From: a virus
Taxonomy: Duplodnaviria > Caudoviricetes
DNA length: 64,000 bases
Direction: 5' to 3' (one strand)
Virus record (IMG/VR): IMGVR_UViG_3300025099_000016
Span: 8,098 to 72,097 of that record
Shown in pieces: positions 1 to 10,722 of the stretch (its first letter is position 1; every line of letters starts with the position of its first letter). The notes beneath the pieces are model-generated. The model did not search any database. It had not been told where the DNA came from and saw only the letters and a list, made by a program, of their open reading frames with translations. Made by a program: the position numbers and the translations under genes.

Positions 1-20
1 CTCCTTTCATAGTTTTATTT

Positions 21-374
21 TTAAGCTGCTGTTGTTATTGCTATCCCTGAAACATGAGGATATATACTATCTGGTAAAGATCCATTATTACCAACGAAAT
101 CACTGTGACACACTAACATACCACCATTAGTTCTAGTTAGAGCTGAAGCTAATGCTTTCATATAATCTCTAACCACACCTTCTGAGTTTAATGTTACTGC
201 TACAGTATCGTCTGTTAACGCACCATTTCTAGATTTAAAAGACAACGTAATAACATTGTCAGCTGTAAGGTCAGCACCTAAAAAATCCGAAGACTTGTAC
301 ATTGCACCATCTCCAGTAGCGTTCGCTGCATCTGTTTGTTCGTTAAAGAACAGAAAATTTTCTCTGTAAGACAT
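21..374 (-). CDS. hypothetical virion-associated protein
   Basis: 117-aa ORF, co-directional and downstream of the capsid operon; A/T-rich leader. Confidence 0.55.
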   Translation of the reverse strand: MSYRENFLFFNEQTDAANATGDGAMYKSSDFLGADLTADNVITLSFKSRNGALTDDTVAVTLNSEGVVRDYMKALASALTRTNGGMLVCHSDFVGNNGSLPDSIYPHVSGIAITTAA

Positions 375-471
375 TTGTTTTTTGTTTAATAATTAATAAA
401 TAATTGTTTGTGAATTAAGGTTTAAAGTTTAAGGGTTAGGGTTTGCGCTTATTTAGTATTAAAAGAAACGG

Positions 472-1317
472 TTATGATAACCGCTTCTCTATATTAGTGT
501 ATACTTCCATACCTTCATCAGTTTTAAACCACTGTGCAAGCGCGGAGTATGGGTGTTCGTCAAACGGAACTGTCATAAGTTTTCTATCGTTAGATCCCCA
601 CATAAAGTGTCTTTGATCTGATGATAACTTTATAATGTTTAGTTCAGTCGCTTTAATACCAAAGTTCCTTAGTTGCACGTTATCGTCATTAACTAACTCT
701 AAGAACAATTCAGGGTTTCTTTTAGCATATAATAATAAATCTCGTTTAAGTTCCTTAGAACTCATCTCAGATACCTTAGAGCCTAACTCAACACGCATAA
801 CAGCTTCAGCCATATCTATGTCTAGATTTTGAGCAGCGTTTAAAGCCTCAATCTCTAGTTCAATCAAAGCTACTTCGTTAGCTGCTTGTACTATAGGTTT
901 ATCCTCTTCGTATATAACATCTTTCATTGGGTGATAAAGAGATAATAACTTCTGTAGAACGGTTTTATTTTTAGGAACTACTAATGTTCCGTTTCTAAAT
1001 ATAATATGTTCCAATCTTTGGTCACCAACCATCTCATCTACAAAGCATGTCCTTTGATTAGAGCAATACTTCAATTCTCTTTCGTAACCTTTTTCTTCAT
1101 CAAAGTAATAAATATTACTACCTTTTATAAGACTAGATAGAGGTGTCTTACCTTTTAAGTGATAAACTCTATCTTTAATCTCCCATTTAGGAGTTTTAGG
1201 TTTTTTAGGAACTTCTACTTTAGGTGTTTCAACAATAGGTTGCTCCATTACTTCAATCACCTCTTGTTCTACTACAGTTTCTTTCACTGCAGCTTTCTTT
1301 GTTTGCTTTTTAGCCAT
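472..1317 (-). CDS. conserved head-module protein of unknown function
   Basis: 281-aa ORF directly after the MCP; K/E/P-rich N-terminus followed by a globular region. Confidence 0.65.
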   Translation of the reverse strand: MAKKQTKKAAVKETVVEQEVIEVMEQPIVETPKVEVPKKPKTPKWEIKDRVYHLKGKTPLSSLIKGSNIYYFDEEKGYERELKYCSNQRTCFVDEMVGDQRLEHIIFRNGTLVVPKNKTVLQKLLSLYHPMKDVIYEEDKPIVQAANEVALIELEIEALNAAQNLDIDMAEAVMRVELGSKVSEMSSKELKRDLLLYAKRNPELFLELVNDDNVQLRNFGIKATELNIIKLSSDQRHFMWGSNDRKLMTVPFDEHPYSALAQWFKTDEGMEVYTNIEKRLS

Positions 1318-1337
1318 AATATAATATAATAAAAATT

Positions 1338-1370
1338 AAAAAAATAAGACCGAGGCCGAAGCCTCGATCT
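1338..1370 (-). terminator. rho-independent terminator after the major capsid gene
   Basis: Minus strand CGAGGC-TTCG-GCCTCG hairpin (UUCG loop) followed by GTCTTATTTTTTT. Confidence 0.8.
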
Positions 1371-1379
1371 ATATATTGC

Positions 1380-2831
1380 TTAGTTTAATAAGCAGAAGTT
1401 GTTAGCTCCTTGTACTACTAAACATCTCTCTGATAGGAAGTGCATTTCCATCGCATCTAAATCCGATGTAACAGCTCCAACAGAACCAGTAGTCCAAGTT
1501 TTCATTTTACGAGATTCAGTCTTAGAAGCTCTGTAACGAACGTGTAAAAACGGACGCTTAAGATTCTTACCTAAGTTTTCATCGTAAACAGATGATACAC
1601 CAGCTGGAACAACAACACCGCGAATAGCGCCTGCTGCGTTTCTAGCGTTAATACCACCACGAGTAGCCAGATCATTTAAGTATTTCCAGTCAGATTTGTA
1701 GAAGTCGTAAGAACCTCTTCTGAAACCAGAGAAACCTAAATTTAAAGCCATATCTTCGTCGTTGTCAAATACTCCGTAAGAAGTACCACCAGCTCCGTAA
1801 GAATTCATAGAAGCAAGCATGTCATCCATAGCAAGAGCAGTAGCTCTGTTAACGAACATCATGTTCTCTTCAATAGCACCTTGCTTGTCGAACTCTGCTA
1901 ATAAAGCATCAAATTCAGCTAAGTCAGTTGATGCGTTAACACCAGAGATACCAGTAGAAGTATTACCTCTAGCTTCTAAAGCTGCGAATAAACCTTCAGT
2001 ACCTTGTAAATCATTCGCGTCGTTGGCACTACCAAAAATGATTGATGTAGTGTGAGCTTTTTCAGCTTCAACCATAGACATTTCACAATAATCTGAGAAA
2101 CGAGATCTAGTATCGCCTTCAGCTTTTAAATACCAGTAATACCCGTTTTGACCGTCTTCACCAGAAACTTCAACCCAACCAATTTGAGCAGCGTCAGACC
2201 CAGAGATCTCATACTTATCTTTAAGGATTATAGGTTTGTTAGTAAATCTAGTGAAAGAAGGTTTGTTAGCACCAGCTCTACCTTCAGTACCTTTCTTATA
2301 TTCAGAACCGTAAACCAATACTGTAACAGCATCGTCTGTTCCAAAACCAGCATCATCTAAGTGTTCTGCACCGTAAGGTATAGCTGTAATACAGTCTGTT
2401 GCAGTAGCACTTTGTGCACCAGTTGCTAAAACCGAATTAATTTGAGATACATAACACTTCTTAGTTAAAGCTGCAGATGCTACTATAATAGTATCACCAA
2501 CTCTAACACCGTGAGTGGTACCAACATCTTTACCGTCAATATCTGTATCTAATTGAATTGTACTTACCGTGTGAGTACCAACAGAACCTTTGTACGATAA
2601 GTGTAATCTACCTTGCTCTGACCAAACAACTTGATCAGCAGCCATTGCTTCTTCAGCACCTACTTGAGCTAAGAAACCTGAGATAGTTCTCTTTCCGAAA
2701 ACCTCAGCTTCTTTCTCCATTAAGTCTGGTAGGTACTGTTGTGCCCAACCACTTGAGAAGTCTAAATAATTGTCAGCTAATACTTGCTGAACTGCCCCAG
2801 CTCTCGACTGAGGCGCACCTGTTACTGCCAT
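1380..2831 (-). CDS. major capsid protein
   Basis: 483 aa; follows portal and an acidic scaffold and precedes a strong terminator; N-terminal QQYLPDL/WSEQGRLH motif recalled from marine Bacteroidota phage capsids. Confidence 0.85.
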   Translation of the reverse strand: MAVTGAPQSRAGAVQQVLADNYLDFSSGWAQQYLPDLMEKEAEVFGKRTISGFLAQVGAEEAMAADQVVWSEQGRLHLSYKGSVGTHTVSTIQLDTDIDGKDVGTTHGVRVGDTIIVASAALTKKCYVSQINSVLATGAQSATATDCITAIPYGAEHLDDAGFGTDDAVTVLVYGSEYKKGTEGRAGANKPSFTRFTNKPIILKDKYEISGSDAAQIGWVEVSGEDGQNGYYWYLKAEGDTRSRFSDYCEMSMVEAEKAHTTSIIFGSANDANDLQGTEGLFAALEARGNTSTGISGVNASTDLAEFDALLAEFDKQGAIEENMMFVNRATALAMDDMLASMNSYGAGGTSYGVFDNDEDMALNLGFSGFRRGSYDFYKSDWKYLNDLATRGGINARNAAGAIRGVVVPAGVSSVYDENLGKNLKRPFLHVRYRASKTESRKMKTWTTGSVGAVTSDLDAMEMHFLSERCLVVQGANNFCLLN

Positions 2832-2853
2832 AATATTTTAATTTAAAAATTAA

Positions 2854-4047
2854 TTATTTTCTTTTCCTAATTTTGAATTTGAAATCATTTGAATCATCAC
2901 CTAGTATTCTAACTTTCATCCCACTAGTTTGCTCACCTCCGTGAGTACCCCTTGGATTCACATCGATGTTCTTACCTTTAGCTACAGTATCTTTAATCGC
3001 ATCAGCTTTACCTTGCTCGTAAAAATGTTGAGCTATAGCGTCAGCGTTCATTGCCGTAAATAAAGACTTGTGATAACCCTTAGTGTCCGTGACTTGACCG
3101 TTTTTATCTAGGTACTTCCCGATAAAATTATCTAGTTTACTTTGGGTCTGTTTAACATCTTGAGTGTTTTTAACATTAAACCTGTACTTCTTATCTCCGA
3201 CATTATATTCAAAACCTTTGAACTTGTCATTAAATAGATTATCAGTTTTATGTAAAAAATCTTTCGTGTTAGTCTCTGTGATCTTTCTAGTTCTCTCAGA
3301 TTCCTTATTGTAACGATTGAAGAAATCAATTGCTTTCTGCTGCTCACCAGTGAGTTTACTTCCAGCTTTAATATCTTCGTAATATCTAGACTTTTGCCCG
3401 TCTAAGTAGGCTTTCGCTTCTGCAACTTGCTCTTTTAAAGCGATTTTCTTTGATCTTATTATACGCTCATCATCCATGTCTTCATCAAAACCGAACTTGT
3501 CTTCTAGTAAGAAATTTCGTTCGGCTGCGGTTAAATGAGATTTAGTAGCACGATAGTATTCGTCTAAAACTTCAGAGTCATCCAGCTCAGCCAGATCTCT
3601 ATTTAATCTAACGTAATCATTTATATCCCCACCAGTCTCATCCATGAAGTCAACTAATTTCTGGATGTTCTCTGGTAGAGGTTTACCAGTTGTTTCAGAT
3701 TCTGTTATAGCCTCAGCGACTTGTTCCTCTACTGCTTCGACCTCACCGTCTGTTAACTCCTCATTAGTTACTTCCTCTAATACTGGTAGTTCCTCTTCTT
3801 GTACTTCTCCTTGCGGCTGTACCTCTTCTTGTTCTTCTGTGGATCCGGTGTCTTCATCGCGTCCCACCACTCCTGCTGTGTCAGCTTCTGTTTCTGTAGT
3901 TTCATTAGTCTCTTGGGTTGGGGGTTTACTTAAATCTACTTTAATAACGCTATCATCTCCAGCGCTTTGGAATTTGGATTCGTTAATAGTATTATCAACG
4001 GGTTGATCTACAGTCTCTTCAACTGCGTCTTTCGTTTCTTCTGTCAT
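2854..4047 (-). CDS. capsid scaffolding protein
   Basis: Very acidic, low-complexity N-terminal half and coiled coils; lies between portal and MCP. Confidence 0.7.
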   Translation of the reverse strand: MTEETKDAVEETVDQPVDNTINESKFQSAGDDSVIKVDLSKPPTQETNETTETEADTAGVVGRDEDTGSTEEQEEVQPQGEVQEEELPVLEEVTNEELTDGEVEAVEEQVAEAITESETTGKPLPENIQKLVDFMDETGGDINDYVRLNRDLAELDDSEVLDEYYRATKSHLTAAERNFLLEDKFGFDEDMDDERIIRSKKIALKEQVAEAKAYLDGQKSRYYEDIKAGSKLTGEQQKAIDFFNRYNKESERTRKITETNTKDFLHKTDNLFNDKFKGFEYNVGDKKYRFNVKNTQDVKQTQSKLDNFIGKYLDKNGQVTDTKGYHKSLFTAMNADAIAQHFYEQGKADAIKDTVAKGKNIDVNPRGTHGGEQTSGMKVRILGDDSNDFKFKIRKRK

Positions 4048-4068
4048 AATAAAATATTATATAATTAA

Positions 4069-6450
4069 TTATCTTGGGTCAAAGCTCTCTAAACCAAGAC
4101 CTCCACCTATTACATCATTACCTGATGATTCAAACTTTTTAAGTGATTCGCCCTTGTTTTTTACTTCACCCTTTATTTTCTCACGCTTATCTAATCTATC
4201 TTCTTTAACTTTATCTCTAAGCGCAATGTTATTATTCTCTATACCACCAAGTTTCATGTTTATAAACATCTCGTGGTTCATAAGTTCTTTCTTAACCTCA
4301 GCTTCCCTATTTAGATACTGCATTTTCAAATCACTCTTCTGCTGCTCGAGTTGCATATCTATCTGAGCTTTAGCTTGATTTTTTTGCATTTCAGCTTGAG
4401 CGGCTGCTTGTTGAGCTTCTTGATTAGCTTTAGACTGAGCTTGAATGTTTTGCTCTTGTAGCTTTTGATCTCTCTCCTGCTTCTTTCTTCTTTTAATTTT
4501 TAGAAGTTGATTAGCTAGTTTTATATTTCTTATGTCTCTCAAGTCTATAGCATCGTCCAGCTCTATTAAACCTTGAGATAAAGCTTGTTGTATATTATTC
4601 TCAAGCATTTGTTTTTCTTCTTCATCAGGCATTAACTCTATAAATATACCAAAATCATAAAGATGTAACTCTGACATCTCCTCCAGTGTTGCTACATTAT
4701 GGGCGCCTATAGATTGAATGAAAGCTTCTCTAGTTGGTGAGTATTCTATGATGTCAGATATTCTGAGCGATAAAGCTTCAGCGCTTTCTGATGCTAGCAG
4801 TAACATTGACTGTAACACATGCCTAGTAGCTGTGTTAGAATTAGCTGCAGCCAACTTCTGTATACCAACCAAAGAATTCTTATCTGGAGTGGAAGCGTCT
4901 CTTGCTTCGTTCAAACCTGTCACGTCACGTATCATCTGTAGATAGTAATTATAAGTCTGTATTAGCGCTTGAAGTTTATTACCACCAGCGCCATTCTGAA
5001 TTTGCTGAATAGGTATCTTACCAGGATTCTGATCTCCCTCAGAGGTAAATGATCTACCAATAACCGAACCTGTTTGGAAGAACATATTTAAAGCTTCTTG
5101 CGGATTGTAGTTAGTACCGTTACCAAGGTCTATCTCAGCTAAACCATCAGCGTCTAAGTAAACACCATCAGGTACCATGCGAGACATGACTTGCTGCAAC
5201 TTCAAGTGAGTTAACTGTATCATATCAGCGAACCCAGTTATTCTACTAACAACAGATTCGATTTTACCATTGTACATTCTAGGCGCAACAATACTATAGT
5301 TCATTTTTACTTTGTCAAAATTAGATTTAGATCGCAACATATTCTTAGCCATCTCCCATTTCAACAACCTGTCTGTACCAAGTATTAAAACTCCTTCGTA
5401 TAAACACTCCATAACTCTTTCGAGTTTAGAAAAGTTACCCTCCATATCAGATGGTGGATTAAAAGTATCATCTTTCTCTATAACTTTCTCAGCACCGGTA
5501 CCCATCTCCTTTAGCTTATAAGTGTTATTTTTATGGGTTTTGTAGTTAAAGTAAAGTACATCTACTTTATTCTTATCTCTATTACTGTTGTTATTATAAC
5601 TTTTTATAGAGCTTCTAGGTCCTTCAACTATGTCTTTAATATCTTCTTCCGTGAGCTCAGGGAATTGTTTAACTAACTCGTTTATTGGAACTTCCTTGAC
5701 TTCACCAACATAATATATATCATCGAAGTAAGGGGATTCAGTATAAGAGTAAACTAAATTAGCTGGGTCAACGTATTCAATCTTAGCTCCATCACTCCAA
5801 TCAAACGTAGTTTTAACCGCTCCTATGCCGATGGTAGTTAAATCATATAAGCACCTTCTTTTTGTAAGATCAAATTTACTACCATCCATCAATATGTTTA
5901 TAGCTTGCTCTTCCGCTAATTCAACAGCTTGCTTATAGTCTAATTGCATATGAAGTGTTAACTCCTCTTCAGTATCGGGTAGTTTTTCTACGTCATTCTC
6001 GTACAGATCTATATTTAATCCAGCTTTTACCGTGTCGTTAAATTGCTTAGCTCTTATATCTTTTAATATAGACTCCATATACTCGGTTCTTTTACTAACA
6101 CCGTAAGGGTCTTGTGAGTACGCTTTTACATCATACGACCTTTGAGCCATACCATTAACAACTATATCAACAAACTTAGGTACGATAGGTACTGGCTTCC
6201 AATCTAAGTTCAAATAACTTAAGTCACCATTTATAGATAACTCGTCTTTGTATTTTTGTATAGGCTGCTCTCCTCTAGCATACAACCTGAGCTTGTGAAA
6301 ACTGTTTTTAGTGTTAAGGTATTTGCTATTAGTACTGTTGAACCACTCATGCTCGATAGCTCTACCAATCTTCAACCCATACTCGTAGGTCATTTTTTCT
6401 AAATCACTTACCGCTTGTGAAGGGAAGTTACTTATCGCAGACTCTGCCAT
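4069..6450 (-). CDS. portal protein
   Basis: 793 aa directly after TerL; helical, with a Q/A-rich C-terminal coiled coil typical of podovirus portals. Confidence 0.85.
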   Translation of the reverse strand: MAESAISNFPSQAVSDLEKMTYEYGLKIGRAIEHEWFNSTNSKYLNTKNSFHKLRLYARGEQPIQKYKDELSINGDLSYLNLDWKPVPIVPKFVDIVVNGMAQRSYDVKAYSQDPYGVSKRTEYMESILKDIRAKQFNDTVKAGLNIDLYENDVEKLPDTEEELTLHMQLDYKQAVELAEEQAINILMDGSKFDLTKRRCLYDLTTIGIGAVKTTFDWSDGAKIEYVDPANLVYSYTESPYFDDIYYVGEVKEVPINELVKQFPELTEEDIKDIVEGPRSSIKSYNNNSNRDKNKVDVLYFNYKTHKNNTYKLKEMGTGAEKVIEKDDTFNPPSDMEGNFSKLERVMECLYEGVLILGTDRLLKWEMAKNMLRSKSNFDKVKMNYSIVAPRMYNGKIESVVSRITGFADMIQLTHLKLQQVMSRMVPDGVYLDADGLAEIDLGNGTNYNPQEALNMFFQTGSVIGRSFTSEGDQNPGKIPIQQIQNGAGGNKLQALIQTYNYYLQMIRDVTGLNEARDASTPDKNSLVGIQKLAAANSNTATRHVLQSMLLLASESAEALSLRISDIIEYSPTREAFIQSIGAHNVATLEEMSELHLYDFGIFIELMPDEEEKQMLENNIQQALSQGLIELDDAIDLRDIRNIKLANQLLKIKRRKKQERDQKLQEQNIQAQSKANQEAQQAAAQAEMQKNQAKAQIDMQLEQQKSDLKMQYLNREAEVKKELMNHEMFINMKLGGIENNNIALRDKVKEDRLDKREKIKGEVKNKGESLKKFESSGNDVIGGGLGLESFDPR

Positions 6451-6453
6451 AGT

Positions 6454-8682
6454 TTACTTTTTTATTATTGTTGAATTAAAACCTGTATTTTTATATTTGG
6501 ATATTGTGAGGTTGATAGGTTCTTTTTTATAATCTGGGTTTGGTTTATACATATGTCTATTACAAGCCATTATTGCTAATCCACTACTAATGGAAGCATC
6601 ATACTTTGTTCTTTTAGTTATATCAAATCTACTCCAATCACTTAACGTTTCGTTGAAATACATAGTACCATAGGTACCATCCTGCAAATGACCTATGTGA
6701 TCGTTAATATACATTTCAATAGCCGCAGCGTGAGCTTGTTTTATGTCCTCACTAGAGTTCGGTATGCCACCAACTTCTTTTTCTGCAACAGATAATTTAT
6801 TCCATACTTTATCAGGTCTGTTCATACTAAAACCTCTATATCCTCTACGCCTTAAATAGTACAATAGACGAGGTTTATTATTCTCTGCGAGTATTGGCAT
6901 CCCGTAAAATACTAAAGCCATTAGAACGTCTTCAAAAAATATTTCAGCAGTTTGTGGTCTAGCTACGTATTCTAAGAAAAACGTATTAGCTGGTGCATCT
7001 TCCATGCTAAACTTAGTTAACCCATGTAAAGCTCCTTTGGAACCCTTACCGTCTACAGTACCACTAATATCGTAACTATCACACCCAAAAGCACCCATAT
7101 GTTCGTTACCTGGATATTTAATACCGTTCTTTAGTATTACATTGTTTTGCATCCTACCAGTAGGGACCCAACTAACTTTAAATCTACCATTGGGATCTGG
7201 ATTGAAGCTCACTCTTGTATCTTTAACGCCGTTTTCCCATTGAAAATTTCCAGTAGTTAAAACTGAGGAATTTCTATTACCCTCATTATAATCTATTTGC
7301 TCATAAATTTTAACGAGGTTGAATAATGAGTTTTTAGTCTCATCCCTAAACGCATGCTCTTCTGTTCTAGGAAATTGTCTATAAAACTCATTTAAAGCGT
7401 CTTGATCTCCTTTTAATCCATCAACTTCGTTTTCCCAATAGTCAACTACACCTATATCTATTAGTTCACCGTGAGGCCCGGACCTACCATTACTTGGTGT
7501 ATCAAATACTGGAATTCCGTACTCATCAATAAATCCTTCATAGTTCCACTCCATTGGTATAAACAGAGAATATAAACCAGACTTTGTCTGTCCATTTCTA
7601 TTTCTTCTATTGACATCTGAATCATTATACAATTTTTTAAAGTTATCACCACCCTTATCTAAAGCATTCGATGTTGACCCCATCATACATTTACCTACTA
7701 TTCTACCACCTAACCTTAGACAAGTTTTTGTTACTCGCCAATTGTTTAGTATATTGTCAGGTCTTTCCCATTTACCACTTTCATCATGCACTAGTAACGC
7801 TAACTTCTCACCATCATAACTGTTGTCACCGGTATTCTTCCAGTCAATAGTAGTGTCAAGACCTTGCATGTCATCCTGCTCTTCATGCACACCCATCTTT
7901 CTACGGGTGAATTTTTTAGCTGGTACACGGTAAGCTAGCTCTGACTTTGGGCGATCCATACCATCTTGTATAGGCTTAAAGAAAAACGGATAGTTAATAC
8001 TTATAGGTACTATCTTATCCGTAAACATTTTCTTAGCATCGGCCCCACTTTTAGATAACACTCCAAATCTACTATCACCTGCAAGAGTGGCTAAGTTAAC
8101 GGTTTCAGCTGAACTCATAAATGAAAAACCAGAACGTCTATTCTTTAAATAACACATCCCATAACATCTCTGATCAGCTTTACACGCTTCCCAAAATATA
8201 AAAAACAATCTATTTGCTTCTCTAAAATCTGGAGCACCAACATCAATCTTACTCCATTGCAGATACATATAGTAACTACCAGGTATGTAAGTTGGTACAC
8301 CGTTATTCATAAACCAAAACCCATTCTCTCTCCTATCAAATTCTTGATCTATATATCCATAATGTGTTTCTTTAAACTCTTTAGGATAATCCGCCCAGTC
8401 AAATCTTGTTTTGATTTTCTTGAACACCTCAGGAATGTCGAACTTCCTCCACTTCTGTTCAGACTTCTTATTAGAACAACTAAATACATCCTTAGGTGCT
8501 TTAGGTAAAGCTATCTTTAAACCTTGTATGTCTAGTACCTCACCTATTTGTCCAGACTTAGATATAACAACCACGTCCCCTTCCTTATCGTAACCATACT
8601 TCCATTTCTTACCTTTGTTAAGTCTATTAACAGTAGTTAGCTTTAGTGGTTCAATTGTTTTATATAGAGATTGTTCGTACAT
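6454..8682 (-). CDS. terL: terminase large subunit
   Basis: KNRRSGFS Walker-A-like motif, LLVHDESGKW Walker B, C-terminal nuclease with GCDSYD. Confidence 0.9.
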   Translation of the reverse strand: MYEQSLYKTIEPLKLTTVNRLNKGKKWKYGYDKEGDVVVISKSGQIGEVLDIQGLKIALPKAPKDVFSCSNKKSEQKWRKFDIPEVFKKIKTRFDWADYPKEFKETHYGYIDQEFDRRENGFWFMNNGVPTYIPGSYYMYLQWSKIDVGAPDFREANRLFFIFWEACKADQRCYGMCYLKNRRSGFSFMSSAETVNLATLAGDSRFGVLSKSGADAKKMFTDKIVPISINYPFFFKPIQDGMDRPKSELAYRVPAKKFTRRKMGVHEEQDDMQGLDTTIDWKNTGDNSYDGEKLALLVHDESGKWERPDNILNNWRVTKTCLRLGGRIVGKCMMGSTSNALDKGGDNFKKLYNDSDVNRRNRNGQTKSGLYSLFIPMEWNYEGFIDEYGIPVFDTPSNGRSGPHGELIDIGVVDYWENEVDGLKGDQDALNEFYRQFPRTEEHAFRDETKNSLFNLVKIYEQIDYNEGNRNSSVLTTGNFQWENGVKDTRVSFNPDPNGRFKVSWVPTGRMQNNVILKNGIKYPGNEHMGAFGCDSYDISGTVDGKGSKGALHGLTKFSMEDAPANTFFLEYVARPQTAEIFFEDVLMALVFYGMPILAENNKPRLLYYLRRRGYRGFSMNRPDKVWNKLSVAEKEVGGIPNSSEDIKQAHAAAIEMYINDHIGHLQDGTYGTMYFNETLSDWSRFDITKRTKYDASISSGLAIMACNRHMYKPNPDYKKEPINLTISKYKNTGFNSTIIKK

Positions 8683-8963
8683 TATTTACTTCTTCCTTCA
8701 GCGAAACCTTGGAATTTAGGTTTGCTATCTTTAGGTTTATCTAAATCATTTAATATCCTCTCCTCATCTTCGATCCTAGTGAGTATTTCAAAAGCATCGA
8801 ATATAGCTAGCTTCTTAGTGGCCGCTGCATTCTTCAGCCTATCTGCAGATATGTCATCGTCAGAATCTACTATAGGTTCTTCAGCTACTTTAATTAGCTC
8901 TTCCACTGCTTTCCGCCCAGCTTGGATTATATTCTTCTTCGTCTCCTTCGTGTTCATATTCAA
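8682..8963 (-). CDS. putative terminase small subunit
   Basis: Small helical ORF whose stop overlaps the TerL start; positional inference only. Confidence 0.5.
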   Translation of the reverse strand: MNMNTKETKKNIIQAGRKAVEELIKVAEEPIVDSDDDISADRLKNAAATKKLAIFDAFEILTRIEDEERILNDLDKPKDSKPKFQGFAEGRSK

Positions 8964-9492
8964 TTGTAATAAAATTATTCATAATTCTATACAGTCTCTC
9001 GCCATCTATAATAAACTCATATTCACTGTTAGGCTTGAATCCTACCAACTGTGTAGGTAGAAACTCACCATCAGAGTATTTAACTATACCGATTAAAGGT
9101 CTTTCTGTTTCTACAGAAAAGTTGTCTGTATTTTTTAAAGGCTTAACGAAAGTATAACCATTAACACATTCCCAGCTCATAGTTTTATACATGTATATCT
9201 GATCAGGGCTAGCAAGGTACTCATCCTCTTTTAAAAAACCTCTACTATTCTTCTCTCGCCCCTTAACGTCGTGCCATCTTCTAAATATATTATGGTGTAC
9301 TACAACTTCTTGACCTTTCTGTAGGTTATGTACATTGTCAATAGGAGTAGAGATAACAATAGCTTTACGATTAATATATCCATGATTAAATATCTCTGTA
9401 TTTAATATTAAGCTTTTGCCATCATCTACACTTACTGAATTGTTATATCTACCACCTAAAGGTTTTACTACATAATCATATAGAGGATTCAT
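8890..9492 (-). CDS. GroES-like (tandem beta-barrel) protein
   Basis: Starts MNPLYDYVVKP, resembling the GroES first strand (KPL.DRV.V); GQEVVVHH and GFKPNSEYEFIIDGERLYRI resemble GroES C-terminal strands. Confidence 0.5.
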   Translation of the reverse strand: MNPLYDYVVKPLGGRYNNSVSVDDGKSLILNTEIFNHGYINRKAIVISTPIDNVHNLQKGQEVVVHHNIFRRWHDVKGREKNSRGFLKEDEYLASPDQIYMYKTMSWECVNGYTFVKPLKNTDNFSVETERPLIGIVKYSDGEFLPTQLVGFKPNSEYEFIIDGERLYRIMNNFITIEYEHEGDEEEYNPSWAESSGRAN

Positions 9493-9716
9493 TAGTAGTT
9501 TAAATCATATTCAACCGATATAGCCATGTTCTTATTGAAATCCTTCCAAGGAATAACAATGTCTTTCTTCCTGATATAAATAGAGTACTTTTCTTCTTCC
9601 TCTAGTATATCACATATCGTATGACCACCGTAAACATCTTGACCAACAGAGTAATGCATTGCATCGTTCTTGTAATCTTTACCTACGGTGATTTTTCTAA
9701 TCACGTGACTTTCCAT
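9492..9716 (-). CDS. hypothetical protein
   Basis: ORF in the operon; ATG of MESHVIRK at 9716 preferred over the upstream GTG. Confidence 0.6.
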   Translation of the reverse strand: MESHVIRKITVGKDYKNDAMHYSVGQDVYGGHTICDILEEEEKYSIYIRKKDIVIPWKDFNKNMAISVEYDLNY

Positions 9717-9984
9717 CTTCCGCTGGATAGTTAATAGTACCATCGTCTAGATTGACGTCAAAAGTACCGTACGATTCATTAAGATCGTTCTGAATTTTAA
9801 TAACCTGACCTTGCAGTTGAGAATGTTGGTGAAGCATCTCATGTTTTTGAGATTCTAATTGACCTATTCTAAACTGTGTAGCGTTTATTCTATTGACTAC
9901 TTCTTGTAATGTTTTTAACTCTTCTTCAGTTACTTTTTCTGCTTTAGGCTTTAAGTCTATGACTTTTTCTCTCGTTGCTTCCAT
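9697..9984 (-). CDS. coiled-coil protein (prefoldin-like shape)
   Basis: Long amphipathic helix followed by a short beta hairpin GTFDVNLDDGTI. Confidence 0.5.
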   Translation of the reverse strand: MEATREKVIDLKPKAEKVTEEELKTLQEVVNRINATQFRIGQLESQKHEMLHQHSQLQGQVIKIQNDLNESYGTFDVNLDDGTINYPAEDGKSRD

Positions 9985-9997
9985 AATAAAATTTAAT

Positions 9998-10390
9998 TTA
10001 CTTTTTTGTTTTTTCTAGTGAACGTCCTCCGAAGTAGGCTCCTATCACTGTGATTAATACTAATTGTAACAGATCAGTCCACTTTGCTTCCACATTAAAA
10101 GCTATAGCTCCAGCATCAATGAATATCATTAACACTGTCGATACAACTAGAAACATAAGAACTAGTGGTCTAACATTCTTTGATAACCAAGAATCAGACT
10201 TCATATCAGCCTCCCATCTATTGGTTACTTGCTTTTGTAATTCTAACTCGTGGTTAGATATTAATTCTTTTATCTTCTGCTCAGCGGCTAGCTTTTCTTC
10301 CTTAGTTGTAGTCAAGTTGTCTAAAACCCCACCAACATCTTTTATAAGTTTACCAGCTCCGCTTGAAAATACTTTTTGTAATATACCCAT
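9998..10390 (-). CDS. holin (3TM / GTA-type holin-like)
   Basis: RWEADMKSDSWLSKNVRP motif, two hydrophobic helices, C-terminal GAYFGGRSLEK. Confidence 0.7.
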   Translation of the reverse strand: MGILQKVFSSGAGKLIKDVGGVLDNLTTTKEEKLAAEQKIKELISNHELELQKQVTNRWEADMKSDSWLSKNVRPLVLMFLVVSTVLMIFIDAGAIAFNVEAKWTDLLQLVLITVIGAYFGGRSLEKTKK

Positions 10391-10722
10391 TACTCTTTGC
10401 TTTTAGCCTTCTTCTCCCAAGGTAATTTATTACTACCCTCTACACACCATTTCCCATTGTACTTTATTTTACCATTTTTTCTAAGGTATTTCTTACCTTG
10501 CCATAAAACATGGTTGTCAGTGTAAGACAATTTACCGCTATCCATATCCTTCACGTGTTGCTTCTCATGCCTAACCACTTTTTTATACATAGGTGAGTCT
10601 GGATCTAAAGACTTATCGATGTCTATAGTGCCATCTTTATTAGCCCTTCCTAATATACCATCTAGATCTTTCCTATGTATGGGGGTTTTCTTAAATGGAT
10701 TTCTACCTTGTTTATATGCCAT
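10390..10722 (-). CDS. small HExxH (zincin-like) protein
   Basis: VVRHEKQH motif preceded by beta strands (GRANKDGTIDID). Confidence 0.5.
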   Translation of the reverse strand: MAYKQGRNPFKKTPIHRKDLDGILGRANKDGTIDIDKSLDPDSPMYKKVVRHEKQHVKDMDSGKLSYTDNHVLWQGKKYLRKNGKIKYNGKWCVEGSNKLPWEKKAKSKE

